Source of the DNA: Mobula hypostoma
Lineage: Eukaryota
DNA: 64,000 bases
Assembly (NCBI RefSeq): GCF_963921235.1
Contig: NC_086097.1
Coordinates: 239,074,001 to 239,138,000, forward strand
Reading direction: 5' to 3'
Below the pieces are notes generated by a model. That model worked only from the letters and a program-made list of their open reading frames with translations. It made no database searches and was not told the DNA's origin. The position numbers and the translations under genes are program-made. Of this stretch, positions 12,155-24,284 are shown piece by piece (positions within the stretch are counted from its first letter, which is position 1; the number at the start of each line of letters is the position of its first letter).

Positions 12155-13532
12155 GGGGAAACTGCTGGAGTCAGTTATCAAGGATGTGATAACAGCACAT
12201 TTGGAAAGCGGTGAAATGATTGGACAAAGTCAGCATGGATTTGTGAAAGGAAAATCATGTCTGACGAATCTCATAGAATTTTTTGAGGATGTAACTAGTA
12301 GAGTGGATAGGGGAGAACCAGTGGATGTGGTATATTTGGATTTTCAAAAGGCTTTTGACAAGGTCCCACACAGGAGATTAGTGTGCAAACTTAAAGCACA
12401 CGGTATTGGGGGTAAGGTATTGGTGTGGGTGGAGAATTGGTTAGCAGACAGGAAGCAAAGAGTGGGAATAAACGGGACCTTTTCAGAATGGCAGGCGGTG
12501 ACTAGTGGGGTACCGCAAGGCTGAGTGCTGGGACCCCAGTTGTTTACAATATATATTAATGACTTGGATGAGGGAATTAAATGCAGCATCTCCAAGTTTG
12601 CGGATGACACGAAGCTGGGTGGCAGTGTTAGCAGTGAGGAGGATGCTAAGAGGATGCAGGGTGACTTGGATAGGTTGGGTGAGTGGGCAAACTCATGGCA
12701 GATGCAATTTAATGTGGATAAATGTGAAGTTATCCACTTTGGTGGCAAAAATAGGAAAACAGATTATTATCTGAATGGTGGCCGATTAGGAAAAGGGGAG
12801 GTGCAACGAGACCTGGGTGTCATTATACACCAGTCATTGAAAGTGGGCATGCAGGTACAGCAGGCGGTGAAAAAGGCGAACGGTACGCTGGCATTTATAG
12901 CGAGAGGATTCGAGTACAGGAGCAGGGAGGTACTATTGCAGTTGTACAAGGCCTTGGTGAGACCACACCTGGAGTATTGTGTGCAGTTTTGGTCCCCTAA
13001 TCTGAGGAAAGACATCTTTGCCATAGAGGGAGTACAAAGAAGGTTCACCAGATTGATTCCTGGGATGGCAGGTCTTTCATATGAAGAAAGACTGGATGAA
13101 CTGGGCTTGTACTCGTTGGAATTTAGAAGATTGAGGGGGGATCTGATTGAAACGTATAAGATCCTAAAGGGATTGGACAGGCTAGATGCGGGAAGATTGT
13201 TCCCGATGTTGGGGAGGTCCAGAACGAGGGGTCACAGTTTGAGGATAAAGGGGAAGCCTTTTAGGACCGAGATTAGGAAAAACTTCTTCACACAGAGAGT
13301 GGTGAATCTGTGGAATTCTCTGCCACAGGAAACTGTTGAGGCCAGTTCATTGGCTATGTTTAAGAGGGAGTTAGATATGGCCCTTGTGGCTACAGGGGTC
13401 AGGGGGTATGGAGGGAAGGCTGGGTTCTGAGTTGGATGATCAGCCATGATCATAATAAATGGCGGTGCAGGCTCGAAGGGCCGAATGGCCTACTCCTGCA
13501 CCTATTTTCTATGTTTCTATATGTTTCTATGT
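12155..13532 (+). mobile_element. Young CR1, 5'-truncated; RT with one nonsense change
   Basis: SQHGFVKGKSC, YLDFQKAFDKVPH, GVPQG, KFADD; TCA>TGA at 12522-12524 relative to the 62006 copy; ttctatg tail. Confidence 0.95.
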
Positions 13533-13899
13533 CCATTTAGAAATCTGATGGCAGAAAAGAGGAAGCATTTCCTGAATCGTTGAGAATGTGTCTTCAGGCT
13601 CCGGTCCCTCCTCCCTGATGGTGGCAATGAGAAGAGAGCATGCCCTGGGTGCTGGGGTCGTTAATGATAGGTGCCACATTTTTGAGGCATTGCTCCTCGA
13701 AGATGGTCTGCCAGCTGTGGTGGCTGGTGCACATGATGGAGCAGACTGAGTTCATAACTCCCTGCAACTTATTTTGATCCTGTGCAGTAGTTCCTCCACC
13801 TCCCACACACACCAGACGGCGATGCAGCCTATTAGAATGCTCCTCATTGAACATCTGTAGAAATTTGCAAGTACCTTTGGTGACATACCAAATCTCCTC

Positions 13900-14675
13900 A
13901 AATAATGAGGTGACCTACAGGGAAGAAGTCATCTCTCTGACACAGTGGTGTCAAGAAAACAACCTCTCCCTCAATGTCGCAAAAAACAAGGGAGCTGGTC
14001 ATGGATTGCAGGAGGAGTGGAGACGGCCTAACTCCTATTGACATCAATGGATCTGGGGTTGAGAGGGTAAACAGCTTTAAGTTCCTCGGCATCCACATCT
14101 CCGAAGACCCCACATGGTCTGTACACACCAACTGTGTGGTGAAAAAGGCACAACAGAGCTTCTTTCACCTCAGACCATTGAGGAAGTTTGGCATGGGCCC
14201 CCAAACCCTAAGAACTTTCTACAGGGGCACAATTGACAGGCTGCATCACTGCCTGGAATGGGGATCCCTGAATCGCAGGATTCTGCAGAGGGTGGTGTAA
14301 ACAGACTAGCGCATCTGTAGTCGTGAACATCCCATGATTCAGGACACTTAGAAAGGCAGGTTTGAAAATAGGGCCCGAAGGATCATTGGGGACCCAAGTC
14401 ACCCCAACCACAATCTGTTCTGGCTGCCTCCATATGGGAAACAGTACCACAGCATAAAAGCCAGGACCAACAGGCTCCAGGACAGCTTCTTCCACCAGGC
14501 CATCAGACTGATTAACTTACGCTCATTTGAGTGTATTTCTATGGTACATTGACTATTGCATTTATTATAAATTACAATGTTTGCATAGTACACATTTAGA
14601 CAGAGACATAACGTAAAGGTTTTTACTCCTCATGTATGTGAAGGATGTAAGAAATACAGTCATTCAATTCAATTG
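13900..14675 (+). mobile_element. Rex1/Babar 3' fragment (second family)
   Basis: WCQENNLSLNVAK / VERVNSFKFLGIHISED; attcaattcaatt tail. Confidence 0.85.
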
Positions 14676-15399
14676 AATCTGAATGAAATATAGCTGCTGT
14701 TGTGCCTTCTTTGTGACTGCGTGGATATGTTGGGCCCAGGATAGATCCTCAGAGATGTTGACACCCAGCAACTTGAAATTTCTTGCTCTTTCCACTTCTG
14801 ATCCCTCACTGAGGACTGGTGTGTGATCCCTCACCTTACTCTCTCTGAAGTCCATAATCAATTCTTTGGTCTTCCCTGACTATATCTCCGAGGCATCCCT
14901 ACCCCTAGCTTCCCATTCATTACATGGTCTGAAATCCTATGACTTCTCTTCGCTGTCAGCTCTCTTATTACAACTGACTTCATTGATGATGCTGGTAGTC
15001 AACTGTCATAATACAATTAGCTTTTTGTTTGTACTTATGTGAAATAGTTTGTGAATGTTCTCCTATTTGTCAATGTTTTAGAGTGCTTTGGATAATTTTT
15101 CTTTGTAAATAAACTAATTTAAAATGTAAGTATATTGCACTGACATTGATCTTTTGGTCCAAAAGCCATAGAACAAAGGAGCAGGCCCTTTGGTCTACAA
15201 TGTTATGCCAAACCAATTAAATTAGCAATCAAATAATCTGTTCTGCCTACACAGTGTCCAAATCCTCTCTAATGTCTCTGCCCCTACCGCCACCCAAGGC
15301 ACCCAAGGCATTCCAGGTACTCACCACTCTCTGCACAAAGAATTTGCCCCTCACATCTCCTTTAAAATTGCCCCCTTAGCAGGTATCAAAATGAAAACA

Positions 15400-15640
15400 T
15401 CGGTTGATAACTGTCTCTCAGGTGTCTATCACCTTCCCCCGGTCACCTCTTCCTTCTCCTTATTCTATGGTTCACTCTCCTCTTCTATCAGATTCCTTCC
15501 GCTCCAGCCCTTCACCTTTCCCACCCACCTGGCTTCACCCATCACCTTCCAGCCCCACCTTTTTATTCTGGTGCCTTCCCCATTCCTTTAGTCCTTCCCC
15601 TAGTCCTGGGGAAGTGTCTCGGTCTGAAATGTTAACTGTA
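15400..15640 (+). mobile_element. Old Penelope-like terminal repeat
   Basis: ctatcagattcctt...cacctggcttcacccatcaccttccagc body shared with 27810-27930 and 51710-51840; degenerate hammerhead agtcctggggaagtgtctcggtctgaaatgttaactg. Confidence 0.7.
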
Positions 15641-16723
15641 TAGAAATGTACAGAAACAACATGCAGATTGATTGAGGTGAAATAATCATTTAATTTGTGT
15701 CTGCTATAAATACTCATGTGGACCAGATGACATTCACCCCCTTGATTTAGAGATGATGTATTCTTAATGAATTCATTTGTCTCATTTTGTTGTTTTTTTT
15801 ATATTATTTGTATGTAGGAGGGCAGAAAAGTGTGTGAGAATGAAAGAATGATTGGGGATTCAATGATTAGGAGGTCAAACAGACCCCCTAAATAGGTCAG
15901 TTGCCATAGATGCTACTCCACGGTAGAATGTGTCTCCTTGGGCATTATTAAAGAGTTGCTGAGCTTCCTGACAGGGGAGGGTGAAGAACCAAAGTCTGTG
16001 ACTCTTGTCAGAACTGGCAACATAGGTAGAAAAGGATAAGTTTATTCATTATTGAGAGAGAGAGCCTGTGTAATGTCGAAGTGTTAAGATGAACAGTGGA
16101 TTTTGATGGACTCTGGACCATGGTCTCTTTGAGGGCTTTGCTATTGCTTGCATGGCAGATGGGGGGGGGGGGGCGGGGGCTGACGCTTTTGTTTGGGCAG
16201 GTGGCGGGAAATGGAGGGAGAAGGGCTGATGTTTCTGCTGCTGCTTATGTGTGGGAGTTGGGGGGTCACTTTGAGGTTCTAATGTTTTCCTGTCATCGTT
16301 CTTTGGGTATTTTCTTCTGTTTCATGGATGTCTGTGAAGAGTAAGAATTACAGGTTGTATGCATACTCTGATGTTAAATTGAATTATTGCACCTCTTAAC
16401 CATTCAAAAAGGTTCTGTAAGCTGATTTTAGGGAGAGAAGAAAGAGGTTAAAACACAGAACTGCAAATGTAGTAATGCCAGGATTACATCCAAGTTCCAC
16501 ATACTGGCAATTCAAAAGCTAAAGGATCCAGGAAATGAATGATGGAGAGATGGGTCAGGGTTGACTCCAGATTTTGTACAGTGGATCTATATCTTGGGTG
16601 AATGATCAAACACGTTAAATCTCAAAAGAACTGGAACTAATCATGAAGTGTAGGGGTGGCATAACTTGCTGGGGCTGTTGGCGAGGACTTAAACTGGATT
16701 GGCTAATTGGTCAGACCGCAATT

Positions 16724-17238
16724 GTCACATTGTGTGGGCCCCATATTGAGGATAGGGTATCTTGGTATTAGAGACGGTACAGAAGAGGTTCACAAGAATG
16801 ATTCCAGGATTAAAAGGGTTAATGTATGAGCAGCTTTTGATGAATTTGGGCCTGTAGTCACTGGTGGTTAGAAGAAGAGGAGGAATCTTACTTGAATATT
16901 TAAAGACCTGGATAGAGTGGACGCAGAGAGGAATTTTCCTATAATGAGGGAGTCTAGGACCAGAAGGCTGAGCCTCTGAATACAAGAACTTCCTTTTGGA
17001 ACAGAGGTGCAGAGGAATTTATTTAGCCAGATGGTTGTGAATCTGTGGACTTCATTGCCACAGACAGTGGTGGAGGGCAAGTCATTGAGTATATTTAAAG
17101 TGGAGGTTGACAGGTTCATGATTACTAAGGGTATCAGAGATTATGGGGAGAAGGTAGGAAAATTGCATTCAGAGCGATTATAAGTCAGCCATGATGAAAT
17201 AGCAGAGAAGACTTGATGGGCCAAATGGACTATCTCTG
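16724..17238 (+). mobile_element. CR1 3' fragment
   Basis: gtacagaagaggttcacaagaatgattccagg...gttgtgaatctgtgg...tctatgtcttatggtct tail. Confidence 0.8.
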
Positions 17239-17984
17239 CTTCTATGTCTTATGGTCTGATGACAAAGGAAACAAAGCCTTTGAGGGAAACCAGGAAGAAA
17301 AGAAACAAATCAGGAAACAGGAGTTAGAGAAGTAGTGGGCAATATAAGTAAGTCAGAAGAGACTAAAATGACCTGCAAGTAAAAGCAAAGTATCCTAAAC
17401 TATTAAATTGGGAAAATTAAAAATACTACCTCAAATTGCATTCAGCACTCCACACAACGAGGTAGATGAATTAATGGCACAAGCAGTCATCAAGCTGCAG
17501 CTGGGGAAGGGGGTTGTATGGTTATAAGGGGCAAACCTTGGGAGGTGATCGTTCAAAGATACTGAACACTTTGGAAGGATGAGTTGAGAAAAGAAAAGAT
17601 GGAAGGTTAATGCTGATATTCAAGGAGGGGTTCAAAAGTCAAAGTTTAAAATACATTTCTAAGTTCAAAGTAAATTAATAAGAGACTGAGAAATGTTCTT
17701 GGTACAGTAGACCTTGATGTAGAACAATACAGCACATGAACTGGCCCTTTGACCAGTGATGCTGTGCCAAATTAATTAAGCTACAGACACCTAATCCCGT
17801 CTGCCTGCATTTGATCATTATCCTTCCAAAGAGCCTCGAGGATGCCTCTAATGCGGAGGGTTCCTGACCATTTCTGTGCCATGATTCCCTACCATTAACT
17901 GTTGTTCAAATGACCTGCAGAAAGATGTAGCAAGCAATTAGAAAGCAAAATGGTGTGTTATGTTTCAATTTTATTATTTTTGTT

Positions 17985-18272
17985 TGTTTATTTTATTGAG
18001 TTGCAACATTGAGTAGACCCTTCCCGCCCTTCAAGCCATGCTGCCCAGTTACCCACCTATTTAACCCTAGTCTAATCACAGAACAATTTACAGTGACCAA
18101 TCAGCCTACCAACCGGTGTGTCTTTGGATGGTGGAGGAAACTGGAGCACCCGGAGAAATCACAAGCAGTCATGGGGAGAATGTACAAACTCCTTACAGAC
18201 AACAGTGGGAACTGAACCCGAGTTGCCTGTCCTATAAAGCATTATGCTAACCGCTACATTACAGTGCCACCC
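17985..18272 (-). mobile_element. V-SINE
   Basis: ggaggaaactggagcacccggagaaatc...tgtacaaactccttacagac core. Confidence 0.8.
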
Positions 18273-18974
18273 CTTGTATATCTGCTGTTATCAGAGTAGT
18301 AACATAATTCTCCTGTAATTATGTTGGTTTCAGTGATACTGTAAGATCAAGGATCAGGGATCAACTTTAATTGCCATGTACACTGACATGTATTAGGAGT
18401 TGTATGACATGCATCATAAAACAACAATTATAAGGAATAAAGAAGTATATAAAAAAATAAAGTTAGAAGCTATAGGCAGAGAGGTAGCTGGATTCACCAG
18501 TTTTGCACATGAGGAGAGATCGTGCTGACTGGAATTGTAATTTCTCCTGCTTAGAAAACTGAAAAGTGCTCTGATTGAATCTTGGAACTTGCTGCAGAAG
18601 TTGACAAGCCGAGGGCAGAGTGGATGACCCTTCTGGCTGAGGTTCTGGAACCCAGGATCACAGTGTCAGGAGAGCACGTATGTCATTTAGAACTGAGTAA
18701 TGGAGACATTTCTCCATTTAGTAGTCAGTAAATTATTGGAATATATCTGGGAAGGTGGTGGAAGCTCAGTAACTGGATTAATTCCAAACAAAAATCAATC
18801 TGTCCGTAGATATTATGACAATCGATGAATGTGGGAATGCTGAAAGAATATGAAACCAAGGTAGAATGTCAGCCAGGATCCTGATAAATAGTGAAGCAGA
18901 CTCAAAGGCCTATTCTTGTTCCAATTTCTTGTATTTTTTTTACATTTTTAATATAACGATCAGATCCACAAACT

Positions 18975-19190
18975 GGGCAGCACTTTTATGTAATGCGATC
19001 ACAGCGCCTGCAAACAGAGTTCAGTATTGCCGCTGTCTGTAAGAGATCTGTACATTCTCCCTGTGTTTCAGATTTCTCTCACATCCTAAAGACGTACAGG
19101 TTAGTAGGTTAATTGGTCACATGGTGTAATTGAGCACTGCTGGCTCGTTGGGCCAGAAGGGCCTGTTATTATGTTGTATCTCTAAATTAA
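18975..19190 (+). mobile_element. V-SINE, internally deleted
   Basis: gccgctgtctgtaagag...aaagacgtacaggttagtaggttaattggtcac...gggccagaagggcctgt. Confidence 0.7.
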
Positions 19191-19532
19191 GCTAGTATTT
19201 GAAATCATTTGCTTTAGAGATTTAATAGTTTTAAATGCATTAATAAGTCAGAAATGTTAAAAGCTACTGAAGTTCTCATCTGGTTTTAAAGCAGCAAATC
19301 CCCATCCTCGGCTTTGATAATGGCAGCCTGTTGCCATGGGAATTGGGTCTTTCTTACTATGCTGTTTGAAGATCAGTCACTGTTCAAACTACTGAATTCC
19401 AGGATGCGACTAGCCAAAAATAAAATAAAGCTATCTGCCTCAGATCAAAGTAAGCTGAGACATTAGTGTCCTTGGTAATGATCCTGGAAATCAAGATCTA
19501 GTACAGTATGAGGGTGCTGTATAATCAGGTAG

Positions 19533-19820
19533 GTTTTATTTTATTTTATTCGGATACACTGCAGAGTAGGCCCTCCAGGCCCTTTGAGCCACATTGCCCA
19601 GTAATCCTCCAATTTATTCCTAGCCTGGTCAAGGCACAATTTACAATGACCAGTTTACTGACCAACTGGTATGTCTTTGGACTGTGGGAGGAAACTGGAG
19701 CACCTGGAGGAAACCTGCATGGTCATGGGGAGAAAGTACAAGCTCCTTACGGGCAGTGACGGGAATTGAACCCAGGTCGCTGGCAATGTAAAACGTTGTA
19801 TTAACCACTACACTACCTTG
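19533..19820 (-). mobile_element. V-SINE
   Basis: tctttggactgtgggaggaaactggagcacctggaggaaacc core. Confidence 0.8.
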
Positions 19821-20211
19821 GTACCTGTCACTCTCATAGCTTGGTGAATAGAATCAAAAATAAAATCACTGAATCAGTCAAATGAAGTTTAATGTATTAA
19901 AATTCCAGTTGATTGTAACTGAATTTTCCTGGTTGCTCAGACAAAGGGGCTATTTTTTTCTAGCCAGTCTTGCAGAAGTAATGCTTACGTCCCTCTGACA
20001 CTGCTTTACCAAAATATTTTTCATCACATGGCACTTGCAGTTCTGAAGAAATCTGTATTTATACTATCTTCGACAAGTGTTAAATTATCCTCTGCACTGT
20101 TAAGCCTATACAGTTCTAAATCTATTTTGTGTGAAAGACTTCTGCAAGGACCCATGACAATTTTTACACAGCCAACAACTTTCCAGAAAATGGAATTAAA
20201 TCTCTGAGTTA

Positions 20212-20380
20212 CAAACTCAGCAGGTCAGGTAGCATCTATAGAAATGAATAAATATCCGAGGTTTTGGGCCAAGACCCTTCTTCATTCCATAGATACTGCG
20301 TGACCGGCTGAGTTGGTAACTCAGCATTTTGTGCGTGTTGCTTTAGATTTCCAGCATCTGCAGAAACGCTCGTGCTTATG
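20212..20380. mobile_element. Older Penelope-like terminal repeat, inverted pair
   Basis: aactcagcaggtcaggtagcatctat...gggccaagacccttcttca, then the opposite orientation ...tttccagcatctgcaga. Confidence 0.7.
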
Positions 20381-20479
20381 AGTTGCCAACTGATATATGG
20401 AATTCCAAACCTTTGGGTTTTAGGGAGCAGCTTTAGTAATCTGGGAGATCTGACTTTTCAGCTACAGAAAGGTATCCAA

Positions 20480-20900
20480 GGTGGTTGAACAAGTTGGGTC
20501 TTTATTTTTTGGAGCGTAGAAGGTTGAGGGGGGACTTGATAGAGGTATTTAAAATTAGGGGGATAGAGTTCACATGGATAGGCTTTCTTCCATTGAGAGT
20601 GGGGGAGATTCAAACAAGAGGACATGAGTTGAGAGTTAAAGGGCAAAAGTTTAGGGGTAACATGAGGGGGAACTTCTTTACTCAGAGAGTGGTAGCTGTG
20701 TGGAACGAGCTTCCAGCAGAAGTGGTTGAGGCAGGTTCGATGTTGTCATTTAAAGTTAAGTTGGATCGATATGGACAGGAAAGGAATGTAGAGTTATGGG
20801 CTGAGTGCAGGTCAGTGGGACTAGGTGAGAGTAAGAGTTCGGCACGGACTAGAACGGCCAAGATGGCCTGTTTTCGTGCTGTAAATGTTATATGGTTATA
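20480..20900 (+). mobile_element. CR1 3' fragment
   Basis: LGLYFLERRRLRGDLIEVFKI...TRGHEL...NFFTQRVVAVWNELP; gttatatggttata tail. Confidence 0.9.
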
Positions 20901-20924
20901 TCACCACATAACATGTAATCTGAA

Positions 20925-21172
20925 AGAGGTGACACAGCTGTATAGTAGTCAGTGTCATACTAGTACAGCACCACCCACCCCCTTCAATTCCACCGTCAAC
21001 TCTAAGGAGTTCGTACATTCACCCTGTGACTGCATTGATTTCCTCCTGCTGGTCCAATTTCCTCCCACATTTCAAAAACATGTGGGTTAGTAGACTAATT
21101 GGTCGTACAGATGTAATAGGTCAGTATGGGTACGTTGGTCCAGAGGGGTCTGTTACTGTGCTGTATCTCTCA
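20925..21172 (+). mobile_element. V-SINE
   Basis: taaggagttcgtacattc...tttcctcccacatttcaaa...tgctgtatctctcaat. Confidence 0.65.
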
Positions 21173-21174
21173 AT

Positions 21175-21252
21175 CAGGGGTTCCCAAACTTCGTTATGCC
21201 GTGCACCAAGACCATAAAGCAAGTGGTCATGGACCCCAGTGTGGGAAACCCA
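21175..21252. mobile_element. Short hAT MITE
   Basis: caggggttcccaa...tgggaaaccc TIRs; same family as 49883 and 53031. Confidence 0.6.
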
Positions 21253-21526
21253 AAATAAATAAAAATAGTTCCTTACAATGTTTTATATGGCAACATGACT
21301 TTTAATATCAAAGGATTAATGATAAGTGAGGAATTAGATGGAAAAAAACTAGACTTGATAAATAAAAAGTTCATGAGTGATAACTAGAATGGTGGTAAAG
21401 AACTTGAAACGGTACCTCCCAGATCAAAATTGCATCTGTCATACCCATATCAATTTACAGCGCATTCTATCTTTACGTTTATATACATTTGTTTAGTTTT
21501 GAACAAAATGTAACCAGAGGTCTTGT

Positions 21527-21795
21527 GTTAAGTTGAGCAGTAAAAAGTTTAAGGGGAACATGAGGGGAAAGCTCGTGAGAGTGTGGAATGAGCTGCCAGC
21601 ACAAGTGGTCCATGCGAGCTTGATTTCAACATTTAAGAGAAGTTTGGATAGGTACATGGATGGTAGGGGTATGGAGGGTTATGGTCCCAGAGCAGGTCAA
21701 TGGGAGTAGGCAATTTAAATGGTTCAGCACAGACTAGATGGGCCAAAGGGCGTGTTTCTGTGCAAAAGTTCTCTCTGACTCCATGACTCTAAACT
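21527..21795 (+). mobile_element. CR1 3' fragment
   Basis: aagtttaaggggaacatgaggggaa...gtgtggaatgagctgccagc...gactccatgactct tail. Confidence 0.75.
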
Positions 21796-22767
21796 ATGCA
21801 AATAGTGAACATAAACCATTCTCAAAAGCCCATTTGATTAGCATGCTCATGGCACAACAGTTTATATATGCTACAAATTGATCAGCAATTCAGATACAGA
21901 GAAAACACAACATTTTGCAGATAATTTTCCTCAAATTATATCTGGCCATTGTACGTTGGCACCTAACAAAATTAAGACTAACTCTCCCTTGAGACCCTGA
22001 TGTGAAATTCTGATTTTGAATGGTCATTTTGCAATCAGCAGATGGAACATTTGCCTCCAAATATTGATCTCAAGTATAGGAATGAAAAATTAGATAATGT
22101 CCTCACAGCTAACCTTTATTTATTGACCTCTGATCCTCAATGGAAATGTATACTTCAGTCACTGGAAAAATTAATTTACTTTGTATTTTATGTACTTGCT
22201 CAACACTGTACATCAAATTGCCTGTTTTGGTACATGGCCCTGAGGACACATTGTACTCTGAATGCCTACTCTATTCGATATAAGCTTAACTTTGTTTATT
22301 CCTGACAGTGTTATGATTTCAGTTGTCTCAAATCTAAGTTTGCAATGCTCGTCATGAAGTCATAGAGCTCTACTGTGCTAAAATAGGACATTTGGCCCAC
22401 CGAGTCTATGCTGAACTGTCATTCTGCCTGGTTTCATCAACCTGCAGGGCACCTTGCGTCTTTTGGAATTTCTTCATTTCCTAACTGTTTTGGTGTCTGG
22501 TAGAACTGAGGATTTTTTAATCCATTTTATGCAGATCTCTGCATTGGGAAGCATATTTGTACTGAGACAAAGATCATAATATAGAAATTAATGCAGTTTT
22601 GGAATTGGAATTGGAAATCAAGGAATACAAGTAATATCCTAGATTTGGATTAACCTTATCAAAGTGCTAAAAGTTCAAAGTACTTTTAGCTTACAGCCTT
22701 ACAAAACAAGTAAATAATCTCACTTTAGGTACTAGGGTTACCATCAGTTACTGGTAGTGGTCTATGG

Positions 22768-23528
22768 CAGGGTTCCCCAACCTTTTTTGCATCGCGGACT
22801 GGTTTAATATTGACAATATTCTTGCAGACCGGACAACCTGGGGGGGTGGTATTCAAGCAGGGTTAAATTCACCTCAACATGTCTTTTACAGTTAGGGTTG
22901 CCAACTTTCTCACTCCCAAATATGGGACAAAGGTAGCAGTCAAATACGGAACACTTGTGTTTACCCCGAGAAAGACTACCATGACCATTAAGCCTTGCAC
23001 GGGCACCTATGTGCGCATACGTATATGTGCCAATTTTTTTTCCACAAATCGATTTTGGCTTAATCTTCCCGACTACACTGTAATACATTATTTCTACTTT
23101 ATATAGGCTGTGTATTTATCATATCATCCCTGCTTTTACTATATGTTAGAGGTTTTATGTGTTATTTGGTATGATTTGATTGGTTATTTTTTGGGTCTGG
23201 GAACGCTCAAAAATTTTTCCCATATAAATTAATGGTAATTGCTTCTTCGCTTTACGCCATTTCAGCTTATGAACGGTTTCACAGGAACGCTCTACCTTAG
23301 CGGAGGAAATATGGGACAAGGGTGGCCCCGTATGGGACAAACCAATTTAGCCCAATATACGGGATGTCCCAGCAAATACGGTACAGTTGGCAACCCTATG
23401 TTCAAGTTCAACAGTGCATGACAGGGAATGAGGAAAGGTGCAACTGACTCGTATCGTTTCCTCGCGGCCTGGTAGTACATGCTTTGCGGCCCGGTACCGG
23501 TCCGCGGCCCAGTGGTTGGGGACCATTG
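22768..23528. mobile_element. hAT (Charlie-like) non-autonomous element
   Basis: TIRs cagggttccccaacc / ggttggggaccattg; perfect 8-bp TSD gtctatgg at 22760-22767 and 23529-23536. Confidence 0.85.
22858..23398. mobile_element. Nested hAT element with TAGGGTTGCCAAC inverted repeats
   Basis: tagggttgccaact at 22893 and agttggcaacccta ending at 23398; TSD tattcaag/tgttcaag (7/8) at 22850-22857 and 23399-23406. Confidence 0.65.
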
Positions 23529-24096
23529 GTCTATGGTACTAAAAAGGTTGGGAACCCCTGCTTTAGAATTGTGCAGTACACAAGAAACCAGAAAGTTTAT
23601 CCCACCCATTGCAAATACTTTCCTATGCTTTCTTGGATGTCATATCGAATGATCTATTAATTTTACAGCTGTGAGGTATCCTGCGCTGCCGTTTCCAGAA
23701 GGGAATTACATTTTTCTTTTGAAACTCCCATAAGAATGGAAGGATGGTGAAAGATGTTTTAATAAATTATTTACAGTGGTTAATTAGATTGACAGGAAAC
23801 TCCCTTGGATATGATTATAAATTAAATTTTACACCAGACGTCACTGCTACATTTAAAAATCTGCCATGCAACATTCATTCGTGTGTACTTCAGTCTTCCC
23901 TGGTTCATATTCAATTAGCTGATGAATTAAGTTACCTCAAAACACCATATTCCATGATAGTAATACAGAAAACACTGGAGAAACTCAGCAGGTCAGGCAA
24001 CATCTATGGAGGCTTCCATAATGGTTCTACTGCAACTTGTATTACTTTCTTTGCAGGCTGTAAGCATCACCCGCAAAACTAACATTTAATGGCCAC

Positions 24097-24159
24097 CCAC
24101 ATCAAAGTTGCTGGTGAACGCAGCAGGCCAGGCAGCATCTCTAGGAAGAGGTACAGTCG
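24097..24159 (-). mobile_element. 63-bp young Penelope-like fragment
   Basis: Matches about 57858-57920; 13-bp TSD atttaatggccac at 24084-24096 and 24160-24172. Confidence 0.85.
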
Positions 24160-24284
24160 ATTTAATGGCCACTCCCCAGTTACCAGTAACTTGTACATAC
24201 AGTATTTTGGAGTCAATTCATCACTGTGGGTCTTGATACGTGCAGTTTCTTCGTTTGTTAGTGCCATGTTGCTGGCCTGCAGTA

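Larger units (their letters stand above)
11996..14878 (-). mobile_element. Rex1/Babar fragment split by a CR1 (12155-13532) and a plus-strand Rex (13900-14675)
   Basis: agaatcagaatcagg tail at 11996; segments 13533-13900 and 14680-14878 (MDFRESK...EGSEVERARNFKLLGVNISEDLSW) are collinear. Confidence 0.75.
15815..18930 (+). mobile_element. Ancient fragmented CR1 (esterase ORF1 to 3' end) with younger insertions
   Basis: IGDSMIR at about 15851, ggggagggtgaagaacca and cataggtaga match ORF1 of the 44626 element; VDELMAQ at about 17462, agcaattagaaagcaaaatgg at about 17932, 3' end at 18470-18930. Confidence 0.55.

Noticed and set aside
19330..19343. RFX X-box-like gttgccatgggaat
   Set aside because: A single imperfect motif, expected by chance without conservation data.
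19989..20042. 54-nt minus-strand exon candidate (cag|...gac|gtaagc)
   Set aside because: The peptides are unrecognised and no partner exons were found.
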